In this document: in pieces, positions 36,501 to 46,983 of the stretch
Position numbering within the stretch: the stretch's first letter is position 1
Layout of the letters: the number at the start of each line of letters is the position of its first letter
Assembly: GCF_000002075.1 (NCBI RefSeq)
Contig: NW_004797422.1
Coordinates: 252,549-316,548 of the forward strand
DNA from: Aplysia californica
Taxonomy: Eukaryota
Direction of reading: 5' to 3'
DNA: 64,000 bases
The notes under the pieces: model-generated
Database searches by the model: none
What the model was told of the DNA's origin: nothing
What the model saw: the letters and a program-made list of their open reading frames with translations, nothing else
Translations under genes and position numbers: made by a program

Positions 36501-39500
36501 ACGCACCTGATGACATGCGTTTTACCAACATTATTATGACATAACAACTTATAATAAGGTTTGACACAATAGAATTGGAATATGAATCCTCCATTGGGGT
36601 CTATAATGATCTATAAATCTAGATCTAGAGTACAACAAGTGAGTCGGACTAGAAAGAATCAACATGATCTGAACAATCAGTAAACAAACGAAATTCAAAA
36701 TGGCCGCTCGAGCACGAAACTGAAAGTAGATAATTTAGGTCGTCGTACTTTGTCGTATTCGTATTTCTATTCAGGTTCTGACAATTATGTTGGAAACGCC
36801 GATGTCGGCAGTCGGCACGAAAATGAAAGTGCCGACAAAGCCGACGGGAGGAAAAAGGGGGGGCTGGCAGTCGGCCAGGCCTCGCACTTCGCACATTGAT
36901 TAACACAGGTGGGCCTAGCGATAGCATCGGCCGGCTCACGGGTCGGGTCGCGATTGTCGGATTTCAGACGATTGTCGGATTTCAGACGATTGTCAGCAAA
37001 CATGCAGGTCTATAAAATCTTAGCGGTCACGCTCTCTTGAAATCACTTAAAAGTTAGAGTTAACATAACAGTTCACTGTGTATTTTTGCTACAGGCAAAT
37101 ATGTTAGAAGGAAATACAGTTGAACCTGCCCAAGACAACCACCCATGGTCAAGGAGTTGCTGCTGTTGCTGTTGTTGTTGCTGTTATTATCGATCCAGCA
37201 ACAGCTGGGCTCTCGCCCTTCTGTTTAATGTCATGTAAGGATAAGTGCAAGATTGCTGCAGTTGCTGTAATGTTCCATAGATAGAGTGTGTTGTCAAAGT
37301 TAGGTCTCTGAGGGAGAAGTGTAGCTCTGATGTCATTTAAGGTTGTGCAGTGGAAAAGGTGATGATCCAGTCTCGTATGCATAGTCACACAAAGGACACA
37401 TTGGCGGAAGTACTGTCAAGGAGAAAAGTGGACATCTTAGATAGATAGCCCTCTTGGACAGAGTCATTATAACATAGGAAAAAAACCAACCCAGTAGAGT
37501 GGGGAGTGGTCATGTGTATAGGTGATTGTCTTGAAAAGGTAATTGTCAGATTGGGAACATTTGTGTCAAGTGCCTTTCCGAAAGACACAATGTCAGAAGA
37601 AGCAGAGCCTCAAACCTCCAAACCCACCCAAATCTCACGGTTATGCGTCCGACGGCCTATCCACTAAATTAGGGACGCCACCTCTGTATAACCTGCAGGT
37701 GAAAAAACGAGTGTTCACACAGACATTTTTTCTCACCTCCACCTTCATTAGGTCCTAGCGCCTTCTTCACAGCCTCAATGCCGCCGTGCTGCTCCACAAA
37801 CTCGTAGATGAAGTGGATGGTGTCCTTATCCACCTTATCGTCCGGCTTGATGCCCACGGACTGGAACAACTTGTGCATGTCCGGATCCAGATTGTCCATC
37901 TAGGGAAAGAAAGAAGAGTTGTTGACCCTCCCACAACACATTCTTTCAATTTGCAGATATATTATAGTTAAAAAGTTTTAGTAAGAGTTTTATGGCACTT
38001 GCAACACAATTAGGTAATACAAGAGCCCAAGATTAGAGGTGTTGCAAGAGAGTAACAAACATAAAAAAGAAGAAGGGGAGATAAGGAAAATAGATGTTTC
38101 ATAGGAAAGAAGGTGTAAACCACACCAGAGCATCCGCCATCTACCTACTTTTGCAGAAGAGCCATACAAAGAAAGGAGGACATCAGACTACAAGTGGGAG
38201 TTGAAACGAGCATGAAATACACAGAGAGACAACATACCAAATGGTTTGGCCTACAATATGAGATTTGATGGCTTCAAGATAAAAGGAAGACCAAGAGAAA
38301 AATACATAAAGAGAGTCAATGAGACCCTCGAAAGGAACAATATAGCGATCCAAAAGGCAACACAACTGACCCACGTTTAACAATTGCATCTCCTCTCGAT
38401 ATCTTGCGATACAAGAGGACAAAAAAAGTAAAAGTAAAATAAGTACAGAGCCAAAATGATGGGAAAAGCAAGACAGACAGACAGACAGAAAAAAGGGGGT
38501 GGGGAGTAATGAAGCAAGGCCTGCCTGGGGCACTCTCCAACCACCCATACTCCCACATTTCACTACAGGAATAATAAAAATGGGATTCTTGTTTTGCCTC
38601 ATTTCATTTACTATATGAAAGTCAAAGAAGAATAGAATTTTTTTTAACAAGACTTTAAAAAAATTTTTTTTAACAATAACAAAATAAAAACTCACATCAA
38701 ATCCCTTGTCTGGATCCCATCCCACGTGGCTCACATGACTGGAATAAAAAAAACAACCCAAAACAAGCAGATTAGACACCAGTTTGCTTGGGAGAAGTTA
38801 CAAACAGTGCCCAAAGGCAAATACACGAACAGTATACACAGTGGGCAGTAAATCATATGGTCGTTTTTAAGCACAAGGGGGCTATCCCGAAAAATACTTT
38901 TTTGAGAAAAATCGAGGGTAAAGTTTTTGCCCCTTGTTTAGTTTCTTTAAAAGGCAAGGAGAGTCTTCTCTACAACCTAATGCATACCAATGAAACCAAA
39001 CTTCTCTTATAGGTAGTGCAATGCCCACTTTTGGAGTAGGTCAAGATTTTTTTTAAACCCCGAAATTTGGGTTAGCCCGCTTGTCCTTGAAAGCGACCAT
39101 ATGAGGCTTCATGAATTAGAAAAGCTAAAGCCAGAGTTTTCTGAATGCTCACAATGTGGCATACTATTCTCGGCTGGAATTGGTCTCGTTGGCTGTAGCA
39201 ATAGCCAAAAATCATCTTAAGCCTTACTTTTTTACATTACCCTTAAGAAATATTCTCTTCTATAGATGCTTTGGTCAAGTCAGACACTGTCGGACAAACT
39301 TTCATTAGTATTATTAGTATACACAATAAGCTCCACGTGACTTAGACTTAGAGGGATGAGGGAGGGTGAATTTAGGAGCTATTAACCCTATCTGTACGCC
39401 CTGGGGTCATTTTGTACCCTCAGGGTTGTATTCTTCATATTTTAGAATACTTATAGTGCGAAGATCTCTTTGAAACTGTCAGTATGACTCAAAAAATCAT

Positions 39501-42500
39501 TTCGACAGATGTCTATGCAAAGTGTATGGATCGGATTAACGAGATAATTTCCTCTTTGGAAAGTGGTGGCACAGAGTTCCCCACGTCGTATGGATACGAT
39601 AATAAAACACGACGTACAGAGAGGGTTAACATACATGAAATTGGAGGGAGTTCCGATGTCGGCCTTGGTAAGCTTCTTCTTTCCTCCATCCTTCTTGTTC
39701 TTGTCCTTGTCTTTCTTCAAATTGTTGCTGGTGTTGTTGTTTCTGTTCAGGTCCACTGTTATGGTCTGCTGGGGAGGAGCCTGAGACTGACCCATACCTG
39801 AGGAGAGTTTGAGTGTCAGTTAAAAATAAATAAATGAATTTCACATTATTGAATCCCAGGGGTAAATTTGTTTTACAACGGTGTAAATAAATACACAAAC
39901 ATGTTAACACTTACAGTAACGAAGGCTCATATGGTGAAAAAACCCTAAGTACCAGTTTAAAACGCTGAAGCCAAGATAGAATTTTTTTAATTGGGAAAAA
40001 AAACCTTGACTGCCCAAAAAAACATGCTTTAAAAATCCATAAGGTTTATGGACCATTCAGCTATTATATAGTGTGACGACTTTCTTTGGTATTTACTTCA
40101 GTGCAGAGCGTCCATTCATCGTTTAATTATATTTAGTGTGCCTGATTGTGAGGGCGACTGTCGCCGAACATACTGTAAGTGTTAATAGTTAATACACGAG
40201 TACTACATAATATCATAAACACAAACAATCCGCATGTTATTTCTGGTCACCACTGAGCAGTACCCTGTATTTGAGCGAGGGTTATCATGTCTTGTTCAAG
40301 GACACACACCAGACGTTATTGTGAGCCTGAGATCACTATCCACTCAGCCACATGGACACCATAACGTTCATCTGGTGCTGGGAAAAGTCACAACAGACAG
40401 CCAAAAACAAAAGAGGAAAAAATTGAAGTACAATTTGTAGGCTGGGATGTTGTATCAAACTTAGCTAAGATTGTTCTGGACAAGGAAAATCAAGTATCAA
40501 GTATCACTGTTTATCTGCTGGGAAGTTGAAAACAACTCAGCTCAATTTGGTCCTGATAAAAAGCACAACGTCAATAGTCAATTTATCAATTACATAATAA
40601 AGTAGTGAGACAAAGAAGACCAGGACTTACGTTGAGGAACAGCCCCGGATGCGTTGGTCCCCCCACCACCGTGCTTCTGGGCCATGGTCTGGCGCTTCCT
40701 CTCTGTGGGGAGAAAACATGGAAGACATTAAAATGCAAAAATGACAGCGGGCAATTGAAATAGAACAAAATCTTATTACTAATATGCTCAAATTTGAGAA
40801 AAAAGAAGCACATTACCGAAATAACGGCCATTCAGTGCAGGGAGAAAAAAAAGTCACAGCAGATAGACAGACATGTCTTCAGTCTGTGCCCAAGGCCATT
40901 TATATACAGAGGATACCCCTTTATATTTGAAAATGGCTTTCACGAATGAACCCTTCCCCCTCCTCTTCTCAAGTACAGTATGTTTTAGATCAGGTTCATT
41001 CGCATTCACATTATATTGGGGGTCTCAAACTCGCAGCCTGTGGACTATTTGCAGCCTGCAGGGTGGTATTTTGCAGCCCCTGTGTGACATCAAAGTTAAG
41101 CATTATTGTTGACAAGTTTTAAGCTTTACATCAAAGTTGCAGGCTCACTATTTAAAAAATACTTGATACTTTTTATTGTGTGTGGAATACTTGCTGTGGC
41201 CCAGGCTCACCCTAACTCTACCGCCAGCCCCCCCCCAAGTAATTTGAATTTGAATCTGACACTCCTGCATTATACAGCCTGTTCTTACCTTGGCGCTTGA
41301 GACGCCTTTCATGCAGTTTCTGGTCCACAGCCTTCTTGAACTTCATGGCCTCATCCTCACTCGCAAAGTTCATTCCAGCTTGACAATTCTGGCAAAGACG
41401 AAGAAGCAAACTGTGTTGATTTGTACATTTTTTTTTTGTTACGAAACAAAAATTACACATTACTACAAAAAGCATATCCCTTCCTCCCAAACCTTAGAAA
41501 ATCCACCCCTCCCCTCCCAACTCTCGAAAAGTCCACAACTCCCCTCCCAAATATGGGCACGTCCTCCCCCACCCTCCACCCACCCATTAGGGAACATCCA
41601 CCCCTCCTCTCCAAAACCAGGGAATGTCCACCTTTCCCCTCCAAAATATGGGAATGTCAACAACCCCTCCCCCCTATCCCCCCCCCCCCTCAGTCCACCT
41701 CTCCTAAAATTGGGAAATCCCTCCCCTCCAAAATTTTGAAATGCTCACCCCATAAGTAAAAAGCCTCCTGCTTTCACTTTTATTCAACAAAGCGAGAAAG
41801 TTGGAAGACAAAAGGATGTACAACAAAGAAGATCAGCTCTGGAAATTTGATCAAAACATAACAATTACGATTGTAAATGTTAGTTCCTCAGCCATCAAAT
41901 AAGATCGTTTACGACTTAAGTTGCTTCAAATCTGCCTACCAGGGCCAAACATCCGAGCAGACGGGTGAAGAACCTTTAAAAAAAACTTTTTTAAAAACTT
42001 CCCTTCATGGGAACTGAAGTCACATCTTTTGCGTGCAATGGTGGAGAGCCTTTACCAAACCATTACACTTATGACGCTATTTTTTCCCAGCAGAAAAAAA
42101 GTTAGTAGCCTAATTACACTATCATTCAATACTGCATCAAGTGTGTGTTTTATTTCTGTTATCAACCGACGCCTAAAACAAGACCACACCCGACACATGT
42201 GTGAAAGTGGATCTGGTAGCACCAGCACTGCCATTTGAACTGAAAACCTAGTATATGACAAAATCAAGACTTGTCATGAACTGGAAAAAAAAGGCAACTA
42301 CTGTTTCAATTGTTACTCTCAGTAATGTTTGCATTCCATTGTATTCAGAGACATTGGTCCAAACTAAGATAGATGAGTATACTATTTTCTATTTTCACTG
42401 GAATCAAATCTTATTTTTTTAAAATAAAAATTAGAGTTTTTTCAGATTAGCATATACTTGGTTTTTTCATTCAAAAGGTAGAGCACTGCTCCAGACAGTC

Positions 42501-45500
42501 ACAGTGTAACCCGAACTCCATACTTGTGACACTCCCCACACTTCGAACCTAAGTGAATTAAACTGTTATCTGAATAAATTAAACTGTCATCTGAGCAGGC
42601 CCACTACTCGTACAACAGCTTGCAATCCACTTGTCACTCGGAGAAAGGGTCTCCATTAGCTCAGTTGGTATTGTGTAAGACTACAAAGTGGTAGTCACCA
42701 GATGGAATCTCCAGCAACACGGTCTACATTTGAGTTGTTTCGAGGAGTTTTCAAGACCATTTTAATTTACCCATTTAGCTCGGTCAAATTGATGAGGGAT
42801 CTTAAATTCACAAGTTCTACCTCTAAGATAAACGTACACCAAAGAAAAAGGGTGTGAAACTCACACTTTTTTTATTTCATTTGAAAAAGTACACTGCTAT
42901 GAAACATTGCGTCTCTTGCACGCCTATTAATATGAGAATATTTTGCACATTATAATCAAGACAAAGTAGTTTGTTGCAACCACATTTCCAAATGCATCTA
43001 TGTCCAGGTGTTTCCAGCATACATTTTTCCATAAAAATCTATTTTTCTCAAAGCAAACTTTGCCACTTACCTCAGCCTCAAAGGTATGGAAGTATTCTCT
43101 CGGTGTCTTGTAGACAAATTGATTGTACAGCTCTTGTTCCCAGATCATTTGCTGTTTCTGAGGACGGAAGGGGGCATGATTCAGTTTCATTTCCCAGACA
43201 TATTTAATAATAATAATACTAATAATAATTTTTTTAAAATTAATAAATAGCACTCTGAAACAAGCTCTGAGCAATGTACAGCCTAACCACTACACCACAA
43301 ACACAATGTCCACCCAGTAAGGATACTTCATGCTACAAATTACTTATCAACAGTTGAAAAATCTCCAATAAGGCCACACAATTCCATCTTATCAGAGAAA
43401 ACAACAGAATAAAAACCTAAGATGTTAGTAGGGCCATGAACTGGACAAATAAAACCAACACTGATTTTCCCTGACTATATAGGTGCATTCATTACATTTA
43501 CATTTATTGGAAAAAATGATTATAGAAATCCAAGAGAGGGGTCAAACTTTGATGTTGTAGACCTTCCGCCAACACTTTTTAGTTTTAGTTTAGATTTGGT
43601 AAGAATTTCACAGCATTTGCAACACAATCAGGTCATATTATAAGAGCGAAGATTAGAGATTACTAGAGAGAACATACAAAGAAAAGAAGGAGAGATAAGA
43701 ACAGTAGATGTTTCATAGGAAAGAAGGAGCAACAGCATCAGAGCACCCACCCACCAACATTACACTGGAAAACCTGTTTATATAAAAAGGAACAGAAAGG
43801 TCAAACCTTGATGTCGTAGACTCTGATGTAGAAGGATCGCTTGGTGGCGTCCTTGACGAAGCAGGCCACACCGCAGCACCGCTTGCTCCATCGTGTGCGG
43901 TCTGGAGGGTCAGCCAGGTACAGCTGGACCACACCGGTAGCAATGGTCTGCACACAAAACAGCATTTATAAATAAAAACTGCAATGCATCAAGGCGAATG
44001 TAAAAATCACCAGACGTCAGCTCAGTTTTAGTTTTAGTAAGAGTTTTACGGCACTTGTAACACAATAAGGTCATATAAGTGCTGAAGATTAGAGTTGTTA
44101 CAAGAGAGTAGCAAACATAAAAAAGAAGGAGGAGAGATCAGGACCACAGATGTTTGATAGGAAAGAAGGAGCAAACCACACCAGAGTACCCGCCAGCCAC
44201 CCACACAGCTCAGTTTGAGAAAAGAGAAACAATTCCACCCATTTAAAGGTCATCCGGAGCTTGGAAAAAAAACAGACCGATACATAGAAACAACAGGGGG
44301 TTCATTTGCTCAACATGTATTGTGTTTGCCTGTCAACCCAGAGATCTCAAGTTTGATCCTAGCCACTGTCAGGTTTTTTTCTTTTCCTGTTTTCTACACT
44401 TCCTGATCACAGGGTAGGTAGGATCAGACACTTAGCTTTCTTAGATAAGGATGAAATATTCCAGAAGTACTATGTGGACGTTTTGCACATTGAAAACCCT
44501 TAACAGTTCTAAAATCTAAAAGAATAGGGCTTTCTGACTGGTGTCAAGCAAGGGATAATTCTAGAAACGGCGTAGACAAAACAGCCATTACTTAAAAATA
44601 ATCTGCACTGTGAGAAGAATATCATACAATCAGCTACTCCCTGAGCTCTGGCAGGGGGTGCAACAAGAAGAAGACAGAAACAACGGAGTGAAAGGGATGG
44701 TAAATAAGTAACACCCTCTAACCATCCGCACAACACATCATTTACACACAAACATTCCATACACTTACTTGCCACATAAAATCCATCGCCATTAGCTAGC
44801 TAACTTCACCCTACTTCACCAGCTTTGGCAGAGTGAAGGACACTGGGGGGCAAAGATTGTGCTGCACACTCATCATGTGCCAGGCTCTTGCACTAGTTCT
44901 AGTTCTAAGGTTCTAAGGTCATATTTAATATAAGTAACAGACAGGTCACAATTAACAGTCAAAATCCCAAGCACAGCATCTTAAAGCATGAACATGCCTC
45001 GCCCCCTCCCACTTCACATCTTCTTATCTCCATTGTAAATATATGGAGATTCAGCTACACCTGTGACTGAAAAATATAGCAAGCTAGCCCATGTATTCTT
45101 TTCCTCTGGACAAAAAAAAGGAAAAAAAAGAAAATATGTAGGAACATATTCTTGATAAGAGCAAGAATGAACAAATACTTTCTCTGATTTATAATTTGGT
45201 TTAGTATACAAGTAAGATGTATGTTTTTCCTTGGGTACTTTGGCGTGAAATCAGAACTTATATTATATATATATAATACAATATATATATACTTGATGAA
45301 TCTTAATTCCCTAGTAAGGTGAAACATTAAAATCCTTATCTCTTAACTGTTAACATCTAAAATACAGCAGTCAATAAAACTAAAGAATCGGGAATATTCA
45401 ACGGGTAAACAACAGCATTTTATCAGAGTACTCAGCCCGTCTGAGGTAACTCTGAAACATGAACAGAGTAAAGCATTTTTCTTGTCACAACATGCAAACT

Positions 45501-46595
45501 GGACCATCTGCTCCTGTGTCTGCAGCCAAAAAGATGATGTAACAAACACATCTTTTAAAAATGTACTTAAAAAGTCTACTACATGGGGAGCAGGAGCAAT
45601 TCTTAAAATGTGGTCCTCGTTCTCTATCAAACTTCGTATCACTTGAACAGAAATGGGAGACAAAGATTAAGAAAGTTGTTAATCTAGATTTGTGTCAACA
45701 TCTCAGGGCTCGCAACATGCAACTATTTTCTTAATATAAAGCAATTTGTTTCTCTACACAAGGAATATAGGGTTCCTCAGAATGTAGTTTTTAGAAGTAC
45801 TCACAACTCTTTATACTGACAACAGTTTCTTGTTTTGGGACAAGACTATTGATCATAAATTTGTCTCTGCAGGTCTACTTTTGAATTTTCACTCAATTTT
45901 CCAAGCCCACAGTGTGACTTATGTCTTTCTCTGATTTTATCCTGAGAAGACTAGATCTAGATTATAGCTTTTCAATCTCCATTGCAATAGGTATACAAAA
46001 TTATAAGGCGGGGAAAATATTTTCTTAATTTTAAAAAGCCCAAATTATCCACTGGCATCTCAAACACTAAGAACTGAACTACAAAGAAACAAAAGTACAA
46101 TAGCTAAATCTAGACTACCAAAAAGACTGAGGCCTACTGTCACTCACTGATTTAATGAGCAAACAGCAAAATCGGAGGGGTATCCTGGTCTGACGTCAAA
46201 CAAGATGGGCGCCTTACCTAAAAATAGTTTGCGTCTTTCTACGATTAATCGCATGTCTCTTAGCCCAACATCCTCAAACCTCTATTTTACTGTTTCCAAA
46301 CAATAAATAAGGAAACTTAAATCAGATCTAGATTAGATCAAGACTAGATCTAGAGGCAGACTAGGGACCAGACTAGAATATCTAGATCTAGGGTGTTGTT
46401 AGTTAGTGTTGGAGATGACAGAGAAGAAGAGAAACAGAGGGAGGTCTGCTGGCGTCTGGACCTGAAAAATTAATTGATATTTAAGATCTAACTCACCGTG
46501 CAAGACCTTCCAACAGTTTGGAACAATGCTTCATTTTCATGGTCTTGAAGTAGAATTGAAGGGGCGTTGACAGCCTTCTGTCTATTTTGAGACAT
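24584..46595 (-). CDS. WASL: Wiskott-Aldrich syndrome protein family member (WASP/N-WASP-like actin nucleation-promoting factor), 541 aa
   Basis: Coding exons (minus): 46497-46595, 43807-43947, 43071-43157, 41289-41388, 40631-40702, 39635-39797, 38696-38738, 37737-37899, 35532-36000, 34634-34745, 31455-31566, 24584-24648. GT-AG junctions, phases consistent, 1626 nt. Domains: WH1 (NAPSILL..ENE; WSKRCCGVACFVKD..RSFYIR; WEQELY; FHTFEAE; AGMNFASEDEA), basic region, CRIB ([20 protein letters not shown]), poly-Pro, two WH2 (GRGALMEAIRGG; RGQLLDAIRHGAQLKKV), C helix (GLVGALAKALASRR), acidic tail DDDWDD*. Confidence 0.95.
25450..25680. mobile_element. Possible MITE
   Basis: Imperfect inverted ends GAAGGGCTTTGTGACAAAAC / GTTTTGTCACAAAACTATTC. 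Confidence 0.45.
27485..27629. repeat. ~72-bp tandem duplication
   Basis: GTTATTCCTGTCTGTCTCTCTTACTTTTTCTCAGCAATAAATGACTATCATTG..GCTTCTCTTT present twice, near-identical. Confidence 0.9.
27715..27930. repeat. ~22-bp degenerate minisatellite (TAGAGAAAGGGAAxATTGCTGGT)
   Basis: About 8 degenerate units. Confidence 0.7.
28398..28574. mobile_element. Tc1/mariner(pogo)-like MITE
   Basis: CAGTCGAACC ... TTTTACTG|TA; colinear with the host element at 61823-62281. Confidence 0.6.
29090..31410. repeat. ~40-46-bp minisatellite (CTATCTACAGCAGTGTAAACCCACACAAGCCTACT...), split by a 1.1-kb transposon
   Basis: Dozens of units between 29090-30136 and 31234-31410; units are more homogeneous toward the right. 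Confidence 0.85.
30137..31233. mobile_element. ~1.1-kb non-autonomous DNA transposon
   Basis: TIR CATAGCTGCCACT ... AGTGGCAGCTATG; flanks ATATAG/ATAAAG (possible 6-bp TSD, one mismatch); interrupts the minisatellite; no transposase ORF. Confidence 0.8.
36280..37012. other. CpG-rich promoter-like or transposon-end island in WASP intron 8
   Basis: High CpG at 36700-37000; YY1-type AAAATGGCCGC at 36697-36707; 18-bp tandem CGATTGTCGGATTTCAGA; ~90-bp internal direct repeat (36285-36380 vs 36558-36645); AGATCT clusters. Confidence 0.5.
37155..37385 (-). mobile_element. LINE 3' end fragment
   Basis: Translates as HHLFHCTTLNDIRATLLPQRPNFDNTLY (Cys/His C-terminal motif of a non-LTR ORF2), followed by an (AAC/AGC)n tail; appears nested in a pogo-like MITE. 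Confidence 0.6.
37967..38148 (-). mobile_element. Family A short retroelement
   Basis: Full-length copy with TTTGCAGA on both flanks; tail about 70 bp from the WASP acceptor at 37900. Confidence 0.8.
38854..39103. mobile_element. ~250-bp MITE (family B)
   Basis: Inverted ends CATATGGTCG..AAG.ACAAG / CTTGTCCTT.AAAGCGACCATATG; three copies in the window. Confidence 0.85.
39386..39625. mobile_element. 240-bp piggyBac-like MITE
   Basis: TTAA|CCCTATCTGTACG ... CGTACAGAGAGGG|TTAA. Confidence 0.9.
41470..41740. repeat. ~30-bp C-rich minisatellite (CCACCCCTCCTCTCCAAAA..GGGAAT)
   Basis: About 8 degenerate units upstream of the WASP exon 4 acceptor. Confidence 0.75.
43575..43756 (-). mobile_element. 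Family A short retroelement
   Basis: Full-length copy about 50 bp from the WASP exon 2 donor. Confidence 0.8.
44029..44205 (-). mobile_element. Family A short retroelement
   Basis: Full-length; 11-bp TSD CAGCTCAGTTT (44018-44028, 44206-44216). Confidence 0.9.
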
Positions 46596-46983
46596 TTTTC
46601 TTTGACCCAAGGGTTTCGCAACACCCACTAAGACCCAAGGAAGTAGAATGTCTCTCGTCACAGCCTACAAAAGAAAAACAGTCAGTGGGTCAGGTTTACT
46701 TCCGGCAACAGCTGGCTGGGTGTCTCACACTTCCGGGTTACCCCCAAAAATATCATACCTACGATGAGCCCCCAAATAAAACAACAGAACAAATCTTAAT
46801 ACAAACAATGTTTTGTCCATCTATACGTAACAGTGTCTTCCTTCGAAAATTTTGTTTTACTGTTAATTATTAATCAAGCAGTAATTTTTTGTTGCTCTCG
46901 TCTAGATTGATACAAAAGTTTTGTTTGCCAAGTAACGTTTCAAGTTTTAAGATCATAATTTTTATTAATAGAACAAAACAAAA
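46596..46983. promoter_or_regulatory. Bidirectional promoter and 5' UTRs shared by WASP and TSR2
   Basis: Divergent ATGs 388 bp apart; tandem ETS cores ACTTCCGG at 46698-46705 and 46729-46736; YY1-like AAAATGGCTGC over the TSR2 start codon. Confidence 0.8.

Noticed and set aside
38183-38779. 198-aa minus-strand ORF
   Set aside because: Only 38696-38738 is coding (WASP CRIB exon); the rest is low-complexity intron read-through
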